A stretch of DNA of 34,585 bases, taken from IMG/VR virus record IMGVR_UViG_3300032286_000363, positions 1 to 34,585 of that record, one strand, 5' to 3'. Position 1 is the first letter of the stretch. Each line of letters begins with the position of its first letter. This stretch comes from a virus. Its lineage: Duplodnaviria > Heunggongvirae > Uroviricota > Caudoviricetes. Under the pieces are notes generated by a model that had not been told where the DNA came from, searched no databases, and saw nothing but the letters and a program-made list of their open reading frames with translations. The translations under genes and the position numbers were made by a program. Positions 26,601 through 34,585 of this stretch are shown in pieces.

Positions 26601-29600
26601 CTTTTGTACCCTCAATATACCCCACTTTTAATTCAAGCTTAGTTCTCTTTCCATCTTTATCAAAGAACTGTCCTCCTTTCTTAAGAAGCAAAGCTCCTCT
26701 TGAATAAAGATCTTTAAGTTCTGGCCTAATAGCAAGAAGCTCATCTAAGGTTTTAGCTTCATTAAACTCATTCTCAAATACAGAAGGAACATTGTTATCA
26801 GTGAATGAATTAGATTGCTTACCATCAATATTTATACGTGTACTTTCTTGATTAGGATGTGTTACATTTACAAGAAGCGTAGCAAGTGTATCATAGTGAC
26901 CACCAACATCTAATGTATTTTTCTGTATACTCTTAATCTCTTTAGCTTTTTGTAAATACTCTTTGATGTTAGCTACAGCAAGTGTAAATTCTATTTTTTG
27001 AGGGTCTTTTAATTTAGCCCAAGCCTCTAGTGGAAATATAATACCAAGCTTAGCTAAGAATTTTTCTTTCTCTTCAGGAGTACCTGATGGTATTCCAGAT
27101 AGATCTGTAACAGAATATGATTTGTCAACACTATCCCATTTAATAACAGAGTCTTCCTCTTTAGAAAGTCCTTTTAGATTTGACACCCAGCTGTTTACAG
27201 TTTTATTAACTATACCTGTAACTAACGCAGAACCAGAATAAACTTGTCCTTGAGAGATGTATTGTATAACAGCGTTAGGTTTTTGCTTAGTGTAAGTTTG
27301 CATAAACTCAATGAAAAATCTCCAGTCTTCAAATTTAAAATCTTTGAAGTTAATAGTTTTATTTTCCATATTACCACCAAGTCTTTGGAACATAGATACA
27401 TAATTTGCATCTTCATTACCAAGCTTTACAACTTTACCAATAAGCTTTCCTATTGATGTGGTATTTTTAAATGCATCAAGCATTGTAACAAACGCTCTTG
27501 TGTAAGGAAGAAGAGAGAAAGTTTGATACTTTTTATTAATCTTAGGTTTAGGAAGATTGAATGAATTACTATCCTCTTGATTAGTTGGAACTCTATCAAG
27601 AAGTGTAGCAGATGCAAACTTAATACCCATAGGAGCATTCTTTTTCCAATCTGTAGAGAATGGTTCTCTAGTATAGTCATTCTTGTTTGTTTCTCCTTCA
27701 TTTATGTTTACAAGATCTTCTTCATTGAAATCCACCTTCAATAATGTTTTCAATTCTTGTTTAGTTTTAATAACAAGATCTTTCCAAGCTATGTCACCCA
27801 ACTCTTGTCTCACTCCTTGTTTTGTGTAAAACTCATCAATCATGCTGAATATATCATCACTTGTAAGATTTCTAAGATTGTACAAGGCAGTCTTATCTAT
27901 TGTTCCCATCTTACCACTTCCAAATATAATATTAGAAGCAATTGCCATCATATCCTTAACATAAGCATTTGTTTCTTCTTCTGTTAAATGTCCAGCACCT
28001 CTATATTGAGGAGGTATTGATTTTGATTCAGTTGACAGTTGTCTATCTTTAAACTTGCCTGATTCAATAGCTTTAAACAATTCTTCCTTAAGAGAAGGTT
28101 TTGCTACAAAGGATTTTATAAAATCAAGTATTCTTCTAAAGAAGTTTGTAATCTTTTCTCCAAGAGTTCTTACAGGAAGTTTACCTACTCTAAAATCAGC
28201 AAAATCATCTAAGATTCTTTCTTTCACCATATCATCACTCACTGTAGGATCATCGTGATTATATTTCTTACCAGTTTCTCTATCTGTAAACTGTCCAGTT
28301 TTATTTCTAAATTCAGCAATCAGTGCTGCTCTTTCTTCTTTTGTAAGCATACCATTCCAGATGGCTTCACCCACCTCATGGTATTCTGTACCCCTAAGAC
28401 CACCTTTGACAAATTTAGCTACACCATTTTCAAACACACCCCAAGCTTTTTCTCCATTGTGAAGATTAATCATGTTCTCCAACACCTCAAAAGGAATGAA
28501 TGGAACATATTTAGCATGCCATTCTTTAAAAGCTTTAAGATCAGCTTCTGTCATTCTATCTGTTCTATCCTTACCAACCTTTCTAAATCCAACATCATCT
28601 CTCTTTCCTATGTTATTAGGATTGAATGATCCTGGTTCCTTAGGAGTAGAAACTTGACCACCTTCTAAAGCAGCTAGTTCTGCATTATAATCTTCTTTAG
28701 AAATTACTTCTGAATCACCTGTTTTTAAATTTCTTACATCTATACTATTTTCTGTAACTCTTTCAACTTGGTATTCATCTAATTGAAACTTAATAATATC
28801 TCCTCTTTTTAAACTATCAGCTTTAGCATTTGTAGAAATAGGAGCTGATGTAGTTCCTTTTAATGCATCTATCTTAGCTTGATATTCAGCTCTAATCTTT
28901 ATTACAGCAGGATTGTTATCAAATTCTTCTGTTGTTTCAGTACCAGTTATTAATTCAAATAACTTATCATCTCTTTCTTTTTCTAATTTTTCTATTTCAG
29001 TAAGAGGGGCAGGAGGAACTATAGGAGCTACAGGTGGTACAACTACTACTGGTGGTGCAGGAGCAACTACAACATCTGTTTCTAATTCCTTTTTAACATA
29101 AGTGATGATGATGCTGTTTGCTTGAGGGATTAGTTCTTCTTCAGAAAGAGGAGCTTCTCCCTTTTTAATTCTAACATCATTTAATTTCTTAATGATTTTA
29201 TCTCTTGTAGTTTTAAATGTCTTATCCTCTTGATCAAACTTAGGATCTTCTCCTTCTTTTACAGTGAATATAACATCACCAAATGGTGTTGTGAATATAT
29301 TATCTGTCTCACCATCATAATCATATTTCCTTTTTGATTGTGTTGGGGGAGCTACTGGAGGAGCTGCTGGGGGAACTGGTTTAGCTATTACACCTACAGG
29401 AAGTTCTAGTCCTACAAGAGTAGAATACTTCTGTTCATGTGTTGTAGGAACTGCATCTGTGGGTTTTGTAATTTTTGTAGAAAGAGGTGTATCTTCTACA
29501 CTCCTTGAGGAGCCATTAGGATATTTAGAAGAAAGTAGATATGTTTGATAGTTAGTCCAATCATTGCTAACTAGCACACCATCCTTCATGTAATACTCTG

Positions 29601-32600
29601 TAAAGGGCTTGCTGAAGTTCTCAGGAGTAAGAGGATCATTGTTTACATTGTGGAAAGTTTTTTCTAAAGTCTCTATTATATCATCTTTTCTTTCAGCTAT
29701 TTCAGGAATAGAATAAGTGTTTCCTGATAGAGAAATAGAACTTCCATCTTCAGAGATGTTTATTTGATTAGATTCTGCTTCTGTTTTTCCTAGTCTCCAA
29801 TATAAAACATTCTGTAAAAATCTAGAAAGTTTTTTGTTTATAATGATTCTCTTTCCAGCATTAGATTGCTCATTGATTTCTGTAGCTATCTGTTTAATAA
29901 CTTCATAAATACCTTCTGCTTGTTTCTTTGTAAACTTCCTATTGTTTAAGAATTCAACATTGTCATTATGCACAAGCATAGGTCTACCATTAGGAACATT
30001 AATCTGTCCTGTATGATGTGCTACAACACCAGCTGTAGGAATTTGAATCAGTGTTTGATCTGTAGCAAGTGTTTGAGCTTCAGTCTTTTCATCAATAAGA
30101 ACACCTGATATATGATTGTCTACATCACCCATCTTAGCAATACCTCTAGACACTTGGAATGCAAAAGGTGTTGGTGATTCATTTGGATCTATACTAAATA
30201 TTTTTGCTCTTTGTATTTTCCAAGCAGCAGCATATGCTTCAGCTTCAGCTTTTTGATCTTTTCTATGTCTTGGTGCTCCGCTTTTATAATTAAGTTCTGT
30301 TGTACGCATTGTTTGAAAAACAACATCACTTAAATTTTCCACCTGTACACCCACCTCACCTATTTGATTTCCTTCCTTATCTACAAAGAATAATCTATCA
30401 CCCACTTGTTCAACAAACACTTGAGCAATAAATCCCTTATCAACACTTTCTACATCAGGAATTTCACTAAGAGGTTTGTTGTATGATAGTTCTACAAGTC
30501 CTTCCAGTCCATAAGCTTTTGCAAGAGCAGGAGTGACAAGAATAGCTCTCATGTTCTTTCTATTAGCCATTCCTCCTACATTATTCAAAAACTCTCTTTG
30601 GTTTCTAAGATTTATTGCTGCTTGTTTTGGATCTAGTGGTTCTCCATTCTCATCAATGTAATATCCTTCAGCTTCAGATTCTGATGTTCCAGATATAAAC
30701 AATATGCTTGCAGGTGGGATTTTTCCTTCAGGAGCAACACTATCCTTATTAGGATTGTTTGTTCCTACAGTACCAGAGTTATTAACAATCTCACCTTGTT
30801 GTTTTGTTATTTCTTCCTTGTTCTTTTTTAATTTATCAATTTCTTTCTTTCGTAATTCTTCTTCTTCTGTTAATTTTTTATTTTGTTGAGCTTGACTTTT
30901 GTAAACTTTATCAATATTATTTGTAACAATGCCTACCACTTCATCAAGAGCAGTATCATCCTCTATACCAAATAATCTTCTGAAGAAAGTTTTAAGATTG
31001 TCTACAAATGTATCCCAAGTACTCCTTTGTGTATTTTTATAAGGAATGCTATCTAAATATCTTTGAAAATCTCTATTTGAAAGAGCTTCTGTTGCAAACT
31101 CTTTTATGTTCTTAAATGCATAAAATTCTCCATTTCTTATAAGACCATTTTTTGAATATTTATTTTCATCTTTTTTGAAATGTTCTTGAACAAAATTGAA
31201 TAGAGGAAGTAATTCATCATAAAAAGAATTACTTTTATCTGATAATGCGTACACTGTAAGATCGTGTCCTATTTCATGAAGTATCACATATTCAACAGGA
31301 ATTGTAGTTCCTTCATAATCATCAGCGTTGTATTCAAAGTTTATTCTACTTATAGCATCTGTTGGACTAGTTAATGTTGTAGTAGATACTCCTGGATTAG
31401 GAAGAGTTCTATCTCCAAGAATAATCTTAGCGTTTCTATCTGTAAACTTCATAAACTGAGCAGCAAGTTCTTTCTCCATAGTTGTAGCATATGGAGATTC
31501 TAATATCTTCTTAAGAACTTCATACTTACTTTGTGTTCCTTGACCATACTGATTTACAAGATCGTCATATGTTCTTTTATCACCTTTAAATGGAAGTCTA
31601 CTTTGAACAGCATAGTTAGGCCCCCCTTTTTCTGGTTCACTAGAAGGAGTTGTTCTAAATTTCTTTCCCTGCTTATTTGTTCCTTTTCTCTCTCCTGTTT
31701 CATCATAAGCATTTGGATTATTTACCATATCCTTATACTCATTTAAAAACTTCCTTCTTCTTAAAGACATTTCTACAACATCCTTAACACTTTGTTTTGT
31801 ATTAGGAGTTGATATAGGATCACCATTTTTATCAAGTTCGTTTAACTGAGAAGCTAATGCTACTGATGAATCATTTGATAATTCATCATCTACAATACTT
31901 TGTATATCAATTCCTTTAGAAATTGCTGCTGCTGCTACTTGAGGAATACGAAGATCGTAATCAGCCACTTTACTAGCTGCATAAACCATCTTATCTATAA
32001 CTTGTGGAGAATACTTTTTTTGTTGTTTTCCATCAGGAGTTAATATAGCTTCACCATTATCATCTCTTAACACTTCACCACTAAATCTAAGATCTGTTGC
32101 TTTATATATTTCTTGTGTGTTCTTAGCAACTGTTTCAAAGTTTGAAAGTCTTTGTTGATATGATTGAATAGTGTCATTAATATTTGCAAACCCTTGTTGT
32201 TTAAGTGCAGCAAGTCCTTGTTCTGTAGAACCTTCTCTTTTAAGATCAGCAATATCATCCATCACCATATCAAACCTACCATATTTAATTCTAGGAGCAA
32301 TATAGTTATGCATCATATCAGCATCAAGATCTTTTGCCTCAAGCTTATCTCCTTGAATTACAGCAGCTTGTTGTTGTTGTTGTAATACAACACCTCTATT
32401 AGCACCAGCAAGTCTTTCTTTAAATGCTTCTTTAAATGTAGGAGCAGGATCTAATTCATTTATAAAATTTTGAGTGTTTGTTTTTAAAGCTCTACTTTCT
32501 TGGATGTTTCCTTTAATTTGCATCAGTCCACCTGTTAAACCTCCAAGAGCAATACTTTCCATACCCTCTTTAGAAACAAATGTACCTACACCTTTACCAC

Positions 32601-34005
32601 TTGCATCTCTACCTACAAGTCCATATAATACACCATCTACCCAAGCATTAGCATCATTAGATTCACCTGCCTTTTTGAAATAGTTTTGTGTACCCACTTG
32701 AAGAGCATATTGCAGACCTTCTTGAGCAGCTTCTTTAGGATCAAATACATATCTAGAAACTCCAGTAACTCTATCATAGAGTTTACCAAATTTAGTAGTG
32801 GCTTCTTTAGCAACATATTTTCCTTCTTTTAAAAGAACATCGTCTGTTCTTCCCATTAAACTATTAGCAGCTTGTTTACTTGCTGAATAGTTAGATCCTA
32901 AAAGTTTTGGAAGTTGTACATATTCTGTAATAGAAAGAAGAGCCATGTTACCAAAGAATGATGTTGCTCCTACAGAGTCTGTTCTAGAATTAATACTTTC
33001 TAAATCACGACCTGTTGGTTCTTCACCATTGTGTGTAGCTTTATATTCTTCAATTAAACTCTTTTTAAATTCGTTTCCTGTTTGTATTGCTTCAAAGGAT
33101 GCTTCTCCTGCAGAGGAAAATCCTGCAACCAACGATCTTCTACCAACATCTCCAAACTTAGCAAATGAATTTGATAGTTTTGAAAGTTCAGCAATCTTAG
33201 ATGCTTTAGCAGTCACATCTGCAATATCAGATAGACCCCCCTCAAGAATGTTAGCCACCTCAATATTCTTTCCTGTAGAAAATGCCCTTGCAGTATTTCT
33301 TAATAAAGGAGTGAATAGTTTAAAAGCTTGCGATGCTTCAGTTGCTGTAGCTCCTGCCATAGCAGCTTTACCAACAGCACTTCCTAATTTTAAAAGTCCT
33401 GCATTTGCCATATTACCTGTAACCATTGCTCCTACAGCAAACCCTGCATTCTTAATTAGTTTATCAAAAAGAAAGTTTGTTTTAAACCAGTTTGTTGTAG
33501 AATACCACTCAGTATTTTTTTCTGCATTAGTGTAATAGTTTGGAAGAAATTCATTGTCCACTTTATTATTCCATTCATCCAAATCTCTTGATAATTCATT
33601 ATCCCAAATATCAGCAAGTCTTCCTGAAAATATTGATTTAACAGCACCACCTAACATTGCTCCTGTACCAGCAACAGTTGTTGCTACAAGATTTAATCCT
33701 TTAAGAACACCGTTAGCTGCCTTATCAAAATTAGATTGGGCATATGCTTTCTGATCTTCTATATCTATAATGTTAGCATCATATGTAGCATATCTTCTAT
33801 TGCTAAATAACTCACCTGCTGAAACAGTAGGTAACATTTTTGACACAATGGGACCTTTTCCAAATATAGGATCTATGTCTCCACCATTAGCTGCTTCAAG
33901 AGGTGCATAGTTAGAGGGGACAGGAGTAGCTGGATTGTCTAATTTAGGAATACTTGTTTGAGTATTTACTAAAATTGGATTTAAACCTTTATCAAAATCT
34001 GGCAT
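20680..34005 (-). CDS. Giant virion protein containing a crAss-type DNA-dependent RNA polymerase and zincin metallopeptidase-like domains
   Basis: 4441 aa. Catalytic D3297-F-D-I-D3301 at 24103-24117, preceded by GFRIPTQ (RIPTQ at 24220-24234). Also D.TKRFK...SP, DKFS..PL, SGRKVG, GIQVE, GSQVTK and GGAYVQ, recalled from crAss-like RNAPs such as phi14:2 gp66. HEIGH at 31264-31278 and HEQSH at 20878-20892. Confidence 0.9.
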   Translation of the reverse strand: MPDFDKGLNPILVNTQTSIPKLDNPATPVPSNYAPLEAANGGDIDPIFGKGPIVSKMLPTVSAGELFSNRRYATYDANIIDIEDQKAYAQSNFDKAANGVLKGLNLVATTVAGTGAMLGGAVKSIFSGRLADIWDNELSRDLDEWNNKVDNEFLPNYYTNAEKNTEWYSTTNWFKTNFLFDKLIKNAGFAVGAMVTGNMANAGLLKLGSAVGKAAMAGATATEASQAFKLFTPLLRNTARAFSTGKNIEVANILEGGLSDIADVTAKASKIAELSKLSNSFAKFGDVGRRSLVAGFSSAGEASFEAIQTGNEFKKSLIEEYKATHNGEEPTGRDLESINSRTDSVGATSFFGNMALLSITEYVQLPKLLGSNYSASKQAANSLMGRTDDVLLKEGKYVAKEATTKFGKLYDRVTGVSRYVFDPKEAAQEGLQYALQVGTQNYFKKAGESNDANAWVDGVLYGLVGRDASGKGVGTFVSKEGMESIALGGLTGGLMQIKGNIQESRALKTNTQNFINELDPAPTFKEAFKERLAGANRGVVLQQQQQAAVIQGDKLEAKDLDADMMHNYIAPRIKYGRFDMVMDDIADLKREGSTEQGLAALKQQGFANINDTIQSYQQRLSNFETVAKNTQEIYKATDLRFSGEVLRDDNGEAILTPDGKQQKKYSPQVIDKMVYAASKVADYDLRIPQVAAAAISKGIDIQSIVDDELSNDSSVALASQLNELDKNGDPISTPNTKQSVKDVVEMSLRRRKFLNEYKDMVNNPNAYDETGERKGTNKQGKKFRTTPSSEPEKGGPNYAVQSRLPFKGDKRTYDDLVNQYGQGTQSKYEVLKKILESPYATTMEKELAAQFMKFTDRNAKIILGDRTLPNPGVSTTTLTSPTDAISRINFEYNADDYEGTTIPVEYVILHEIGHDLTVYALSDKSNSFYDELLPLFNFVQEHFKKDENKYSKNGLIRNGEFYAFKNIKEFATEALSNRDFQRYLDSIPYKNTQRSTWDTFVDNLKTFFRRLFGIEDDTALDEVVGIVTNNIDKVYKSQAQQNKKLTEEEELRKKEIDKLKKNKEEITKQQGEIVNNSGTVGTNNPNKDSVAPEGKIPPASILFISGTSESEAEGYYIDENGEPLDPKQAAINLRNQREFLNNVGGMANRKNMRAILVTPALAKAYGLEGLVELSYNKPLSEIPDVESVDKGFIAQVFVEQVGDRLFFVDKEGNQIGEVGVQVENLSDVVFQTMRTTELNYKSGAPRHRKDQKAEAEAYAAAWKIQRAKIFSIDPNESPTPFAFQVSRGIAKMGDVDNHISGVLIDEKTEAQTLATDQTLIQIPTAGVVAHHTGQINVPNGRPMLVHNDNVEFLNNRKFTKKQAEGIYEVIKQIATEINEQSNAGKRIIINKKLSRFLQNVLYWRLGKTEAESNQINISEDGSSISLSGNTYSIPEIAERKDDIIETLEKTFHNVNNDPLTPENFSKPFTEYYMKDGVLVSNDWTNYQTYLLSSKYPNGSSRSVEDTPLSTKITKPTDAVPTTHEQKYSTLVGLELPVGVIAKPVPPAAPPVAPPTQSKRKYDYDGETDNIFTTPFGDVIFTVKEGEDPKFDQEDKTFKTTRDKIIKKLNDVRIKKGEAPLSEEELIPQANSIIITYVKKELETDVVVAPAPPVVVVPPVAPIVPPAPLTEIEKLEKERDDKLFELITGTETTEEFDNNPAVIKIRAEYQAKIDALKGTTSAPISTNAKADSLKRGDIIKFQLDEYQVERVTENSIDVRNLKTGDSEVISKEDYNAELAALEGGQVSTPKEPGSFNPNNIGKRDDVGFRKVGKDRTDRMTEADLKAFKEWHAKYVPFIPFEVLENMINLHNGEKAWGVFENGVAKFVKGGLRGTEYHEVGEAIWNGMLTKEERAALIAEFRNKTGQFTDRETGKKYNHDDPTVSDDMVKERILDDFADFRVGKLPVRTLGEKITNFFRRILDFIKSFVAKPSLKEELFKAIESGKFKDRQLSTESKSIPPQYRGAGHLTEEETNAYVKDMMAIASNIIFGSGKMGTIDKTALYNLRNLTSDDIFSMIDEFYTKQGVRQELGDIAWKDLVIKTKQELKTLLKVDFNEEDLVNINEGETNKNDYTREPFSTDWKKNAPMGIKFASATLLDRVPTNQEDSNSFNLPKPKINKKYQTFSLLPYTRAFVTMLDAFKNTTSIGKLIGKVVKLGNEDANYVSMFQRLGGNMENKTINFKDFKFEDWRFFIEFMQTYTKQKPNAVIQYISQGQVYSGSALVTGIVNKTVNSWVSNLKGLSKEEDSVIKWDSVDKSYSVTDLSGIPSGTPEEKEKFLAKLGIIFPLEAWAKLKDPQKIEFTLAVANIKEYLQKAKEIKSIQKNTLDVGGHYDTLATLLVNVTHPNQESTRINIDGKQSNSFTDNNVPSVFENEFNEAKTLDELLAIRPELKDLYSRGALLLKKGGQFFDKDGKRTKLELKVGYIEGTKDKDKNKGTSSTALTEGDRYTQEINQNLTGQYYIMIPADGSTEWMMNMGNHVAFEDIEQGKDGWKKINEIFRGYLTDDVALALDADNRMQVENVGGLRKIADIESKLETLKAVTNKSDAQKEEVKKLNAQLEYLKKKPYELRFFKDILSEKTLTKINQMIEENATQQDIESFIDDNIEDVNASIKEYIDGTVAKTKDFLLQNNQVKFVTRDAATGIDYYRYDMLNGKFAINEKLNKSKLTIDDLTNIITFANANYIINNIEFHKIIFGDPYQFAIKEDGTLDATKRFKSFFSPRRTTIDSPELNTFINEDLNNAGDIQLLPGEPGYHQAKAWMDTVTVSDVNIVGSVTNMKNVPEDVKKAFAKTNEGDAASIMMDGTYREMKIKNGQWNIKGVEEAWHQWQMAYTRQNLPGFKYSEDVRGKALEKHDIALLKTKQPDHKIEIVKPIVSGVTNGVNRINLVLDKFSQMPLYYSMVQGTNLEKLYLKMMAEKKGYIIMISGRKVGAEALHDLYTKNGQFNDAAFNNNIEIPWKAYGIQVETAYEGSGMQTRGSQVTKISTLDLYENGEPIGATPQRKEEIAKEVARNRDILNRLHKNGYERFLKRLGIEDLGGSYKINDKTRLAKTLQDEMFRRELSDNVKDSIQLDENKEFIIPFEASPAYLQIKSILYSFIDKEITSPKMNGGAYVQAPVTLWENEKAGRKIAIKTADGYKQITRQEFDALSAEEQKKVVLTDDTLKFYEDEDGKRYCEVMLPHWFKSKLGKHANKSDEELIKFLNTTAEGKELLSGIGFRIPTQSLSSVEAFKVKAFLPKYMGKTVIVPSEITTKSGSDFDIDKLNMYLKSVYIDKNGEIRIIKLKGTEEATKDFYAKVFDEKLELQKINKAELFDAATIMVEGLDDPKNLGDRYADAIDILFAEANTLEEKRDVLDDIMKRLEKLGDKDAQALLKEKFVEDSYRRALENEYYDSLEKLVTMPENFQRLISPVSDDGLKDLSNVLDELRGYDESKIKNRLLDRNYMTSLRHAFVTAKKWVGIAAVNITGHSLTQKFKAYIDPARFNNVSKEDRDILRYNGGEMLLDHNTIEDNGKSYISLSGRLDTDGKFISDGLSGYATSFVDVAKDPYILKIIKNNLAVGTFMFLRRTGVPSRQLVMFMNQPIINEYLTMLDNKGVKTLFDTRQISAIKNKFPSRVAETASTLGFNKGELEANIKNYYATKDLGDAKNREQVAIFNEFLKYSKMAEYSFNFGQASNYDTTKFQSGDSLQLKQWRTEAAQKKNIISSVGNLLQNNFIGVQAEYLDMSMDALGEALVLETPQFTDVTNEVLKSFEQDRFLTKDKFDRIANKIKAAFLDYIIQKRSDIATNLQEQLVDDRKSVAQMLLKAKQEFPGVQILEDLEVDSSGRIGGAQTIKLKVNDKIAYNENMYAGMMRELRDDPRTNALYKGIVRLAIIQGTYQSPISIKNIIPVEDYSAHITPILAGLTVDDEIRAFATSNEFQRNEWQDNDVVPVIEPTFEAEEQDSYAIINDLPRTFQGRTKKLGKFNDQEILVPGFFPVVKELGANLKKQRDLLFISAKYQGKVANYDVIKVPRTVPINKKDVTEGRIDVATGKEITARDYAKMAEKGDLSLRNYYGYQKVKYADGSPVIARYDKDGNPTYVYKFINLHGDGQYATEYYGDGRPSIFNNGSEKNIKNIEGTLVSNEIPDQAIIDFYGGETVTQDLADPIIATIEKESEKVEDIGRQAEIEPGYGLTAANFESPEGLDEALAKQAEIENKISKLEERIENGVAGPNDYKDLENYKKQLTAQPTQPVSEKAEEGLKLPEYTVDKTLKNTDGSIRYASTDGGKIIINPVSDANKFFDYFEGKEGGPTSAQKAQVLSELAKQGYTIDVIKSMLNTNKLINTFLILHEQSHIDNNDKDVYWLNSKDLLTPDKIAIEVRATVDALEKLGGKPSAPQTFDPNNEDLDGADEPNPCGII

Positions 34006-34012
34006 AATATTT

Positions 34013-34585
34013 TTACTTAATGTCTAGTTGAGAAAAATCATAATTTGGATATTCTATTTTCAAATATTTTAATAGAACATTGTCGGTTAAATTATCTAAG
34101 TTCTTTTTACCTTGATCAAATCCCACTCTTGATAACTTATCTGTTCCTGATAAAATAAAATTTTGATAACTACCATCCTTCTTCATTATATTTATTGATG
34201 GAATATATAATTCACGATTACTAATATCTTGATCAAAGTCTGCTGTAACATTCATTTTTTTAATTCCTGGAAAATTACCAAACGCTTTTTGCATATAAGA
34301 TTGGTTTGGATCACCTGTAACATTTGTATTACCATTTCCCATCTTAAGTCTTGTCGATTCTTGTGTATTATCATTTACATATTTTGCCCCAAAGTTAGCA
34401 ACTACCTCATCTCTTGATACTTTTATTCTTTGAACTTTTTTTGGATCAGATTCACTCTTAAGAATCACCTCATAGTTATCTCCAGATTGCTGTATAAAAA
34501 TTCTTGTATCTTTGGAGTTTTTACTTTCCAACATACTTGATGAAGTTTCAGGATCATAATCGCTATCAGCGTATGTGCCTCTAGC
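34013..34585 (-). CDS. C-terminal part of a larger protein (probably another ejection protein), 5' end outside the window
   Basis: The frame of the 173-aa track ORF stays open for 17 more codons to the window edge (ARGTYADSDYDPETSSS-MLESK...), so the annotated Met is probably internal. Confidence 0.75.
   Translation of the reverse strand, partial: ARGTYADSDYDPETSSSMLESKNSKDTRIFIQQSGDNYEVILKSESDPKKVQRIKVSRDEVVANFGAKYVNDNTQESTRLKMGNGNTNVTGDPNQSYMQKAFGNFPGIKKMNVTADFDQDISNRELYIPSINIMKKDGSYQNFILSGTDKLSRVGFDQGKKNLDNLTDNVLLKYLKIEYPNYDFSQLDIK

Larger units (their letters stand above)
1..34585 (-). other. Segment of a crAss-like Bacteroidota phage genome (ejection/RNAP, tail, lysis and accessory modules)
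   Basis: Co-oriented, densely packed minus-strand genes with frequent TAATG/ATGA overlaps. Giant protein with the crAss-type RNAP motif DFDID. Tail fibres and an M15 endolysin. A-rich translation initiation regions without Shine-Dalgarno sequences, and TAnnTTTG promoters, both typical of Bacteroidota. No integrase or host housekeeping genes. Confidence 0.88.

Noticed and set aside
17317-33650. Short alternative-frame minus-strand ORFs nested in the giant genes (17317, 24288, 27222, 27450, 32067, 33456)
   Set aside because: 60-83 aa, atypical composition, no initiation context; expected by chance in 19 kb.
1974-34005. Stop-codon reassignment, as found in some crAss-like phages
   Set aside because: The 13.3-kb and 5.8-kb ORFs are uninterrupted in the standard code. 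TAG (1974, 3133) and TGA (9889, 14822) end genes right next to the following start.
213-34417. The many plus-strand ORFs in the track (e.g. 213..674, 32945..33535, 11913..12407)
   Set aside because: They are antisense shadows of well-supported minus-strand genes, with Ser/Phe/Leu/Ile-biased translations and no recognisable motifs.
34013-34534. Stand-alone 173-aa gene as given in the ORF track
   Set aside because: The frame remains open to the window edge, so it is more likely the tail of a longer protein.
1-34585. tRNA, rRNA, introns, inteins or homing endonucleases
   Set aside because: Intergenic gaps are at most about 100 nt and AT-rich with no cloverleaf. No intein splice motifs or LAGLIDADG/HNH/GIY-YIG motifs were recognised by eye; a profile scan would be needed to exclude them fully.

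Overview
The window is a fragment of an AT-rich lytic phage genome with essentially all genes on the minus strand. It is most likely a crAss-like (Crassvirales-related) phage of an aquatic Bacteroidota host. Read in the direction of transcription (right to left), it holds: (1) the C-terminal end of a gene cut by the window edge; (2) a 4441-aa virion protein carrying a crAss-type two-barrel RNA polymerase (RIPTQ...SGSDFDIDKL) plus zincin modules; (3) a 1947-aa probable ejection protein with a degenerate zincin and a PD-(D/E)xK nuclease motif; (4) two tail-fibre-like proteins; (5) a lysis cassette (holin-like, spanin-like, M15 endolysin); and (6) an accessory region of about 8 kb. The accessory region encodes a LamG protein, a GT-A glycosyltransferase, a Dps-like ferritin-fold protein, six Lys-rich microproteins, a tiny lipoprotein and small membrane proteins. 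The standout is an LCIB/theta-class carbonic anhydrase domain with all three Zn ligands, fused to a 35-aa N-terminal module that also heads a putative structural protein. Three different short N-terminal modules each occur twice with different cargo, suggesting an 'anchor + cargo' virion decoration system. Other notable signals are host-type TTTG-N20-TAnnTTTG promoters, a promoter-hairpin-U9 leader in front of the lysis cassette, and strong enrichment of Bacteroidota O-glycosylation sequons in two envelope proteins. Five complete short genes and one edge-truncated gene missing from the ORF track were read by hand. All family assignments come from recognising motifs; no database search was run.
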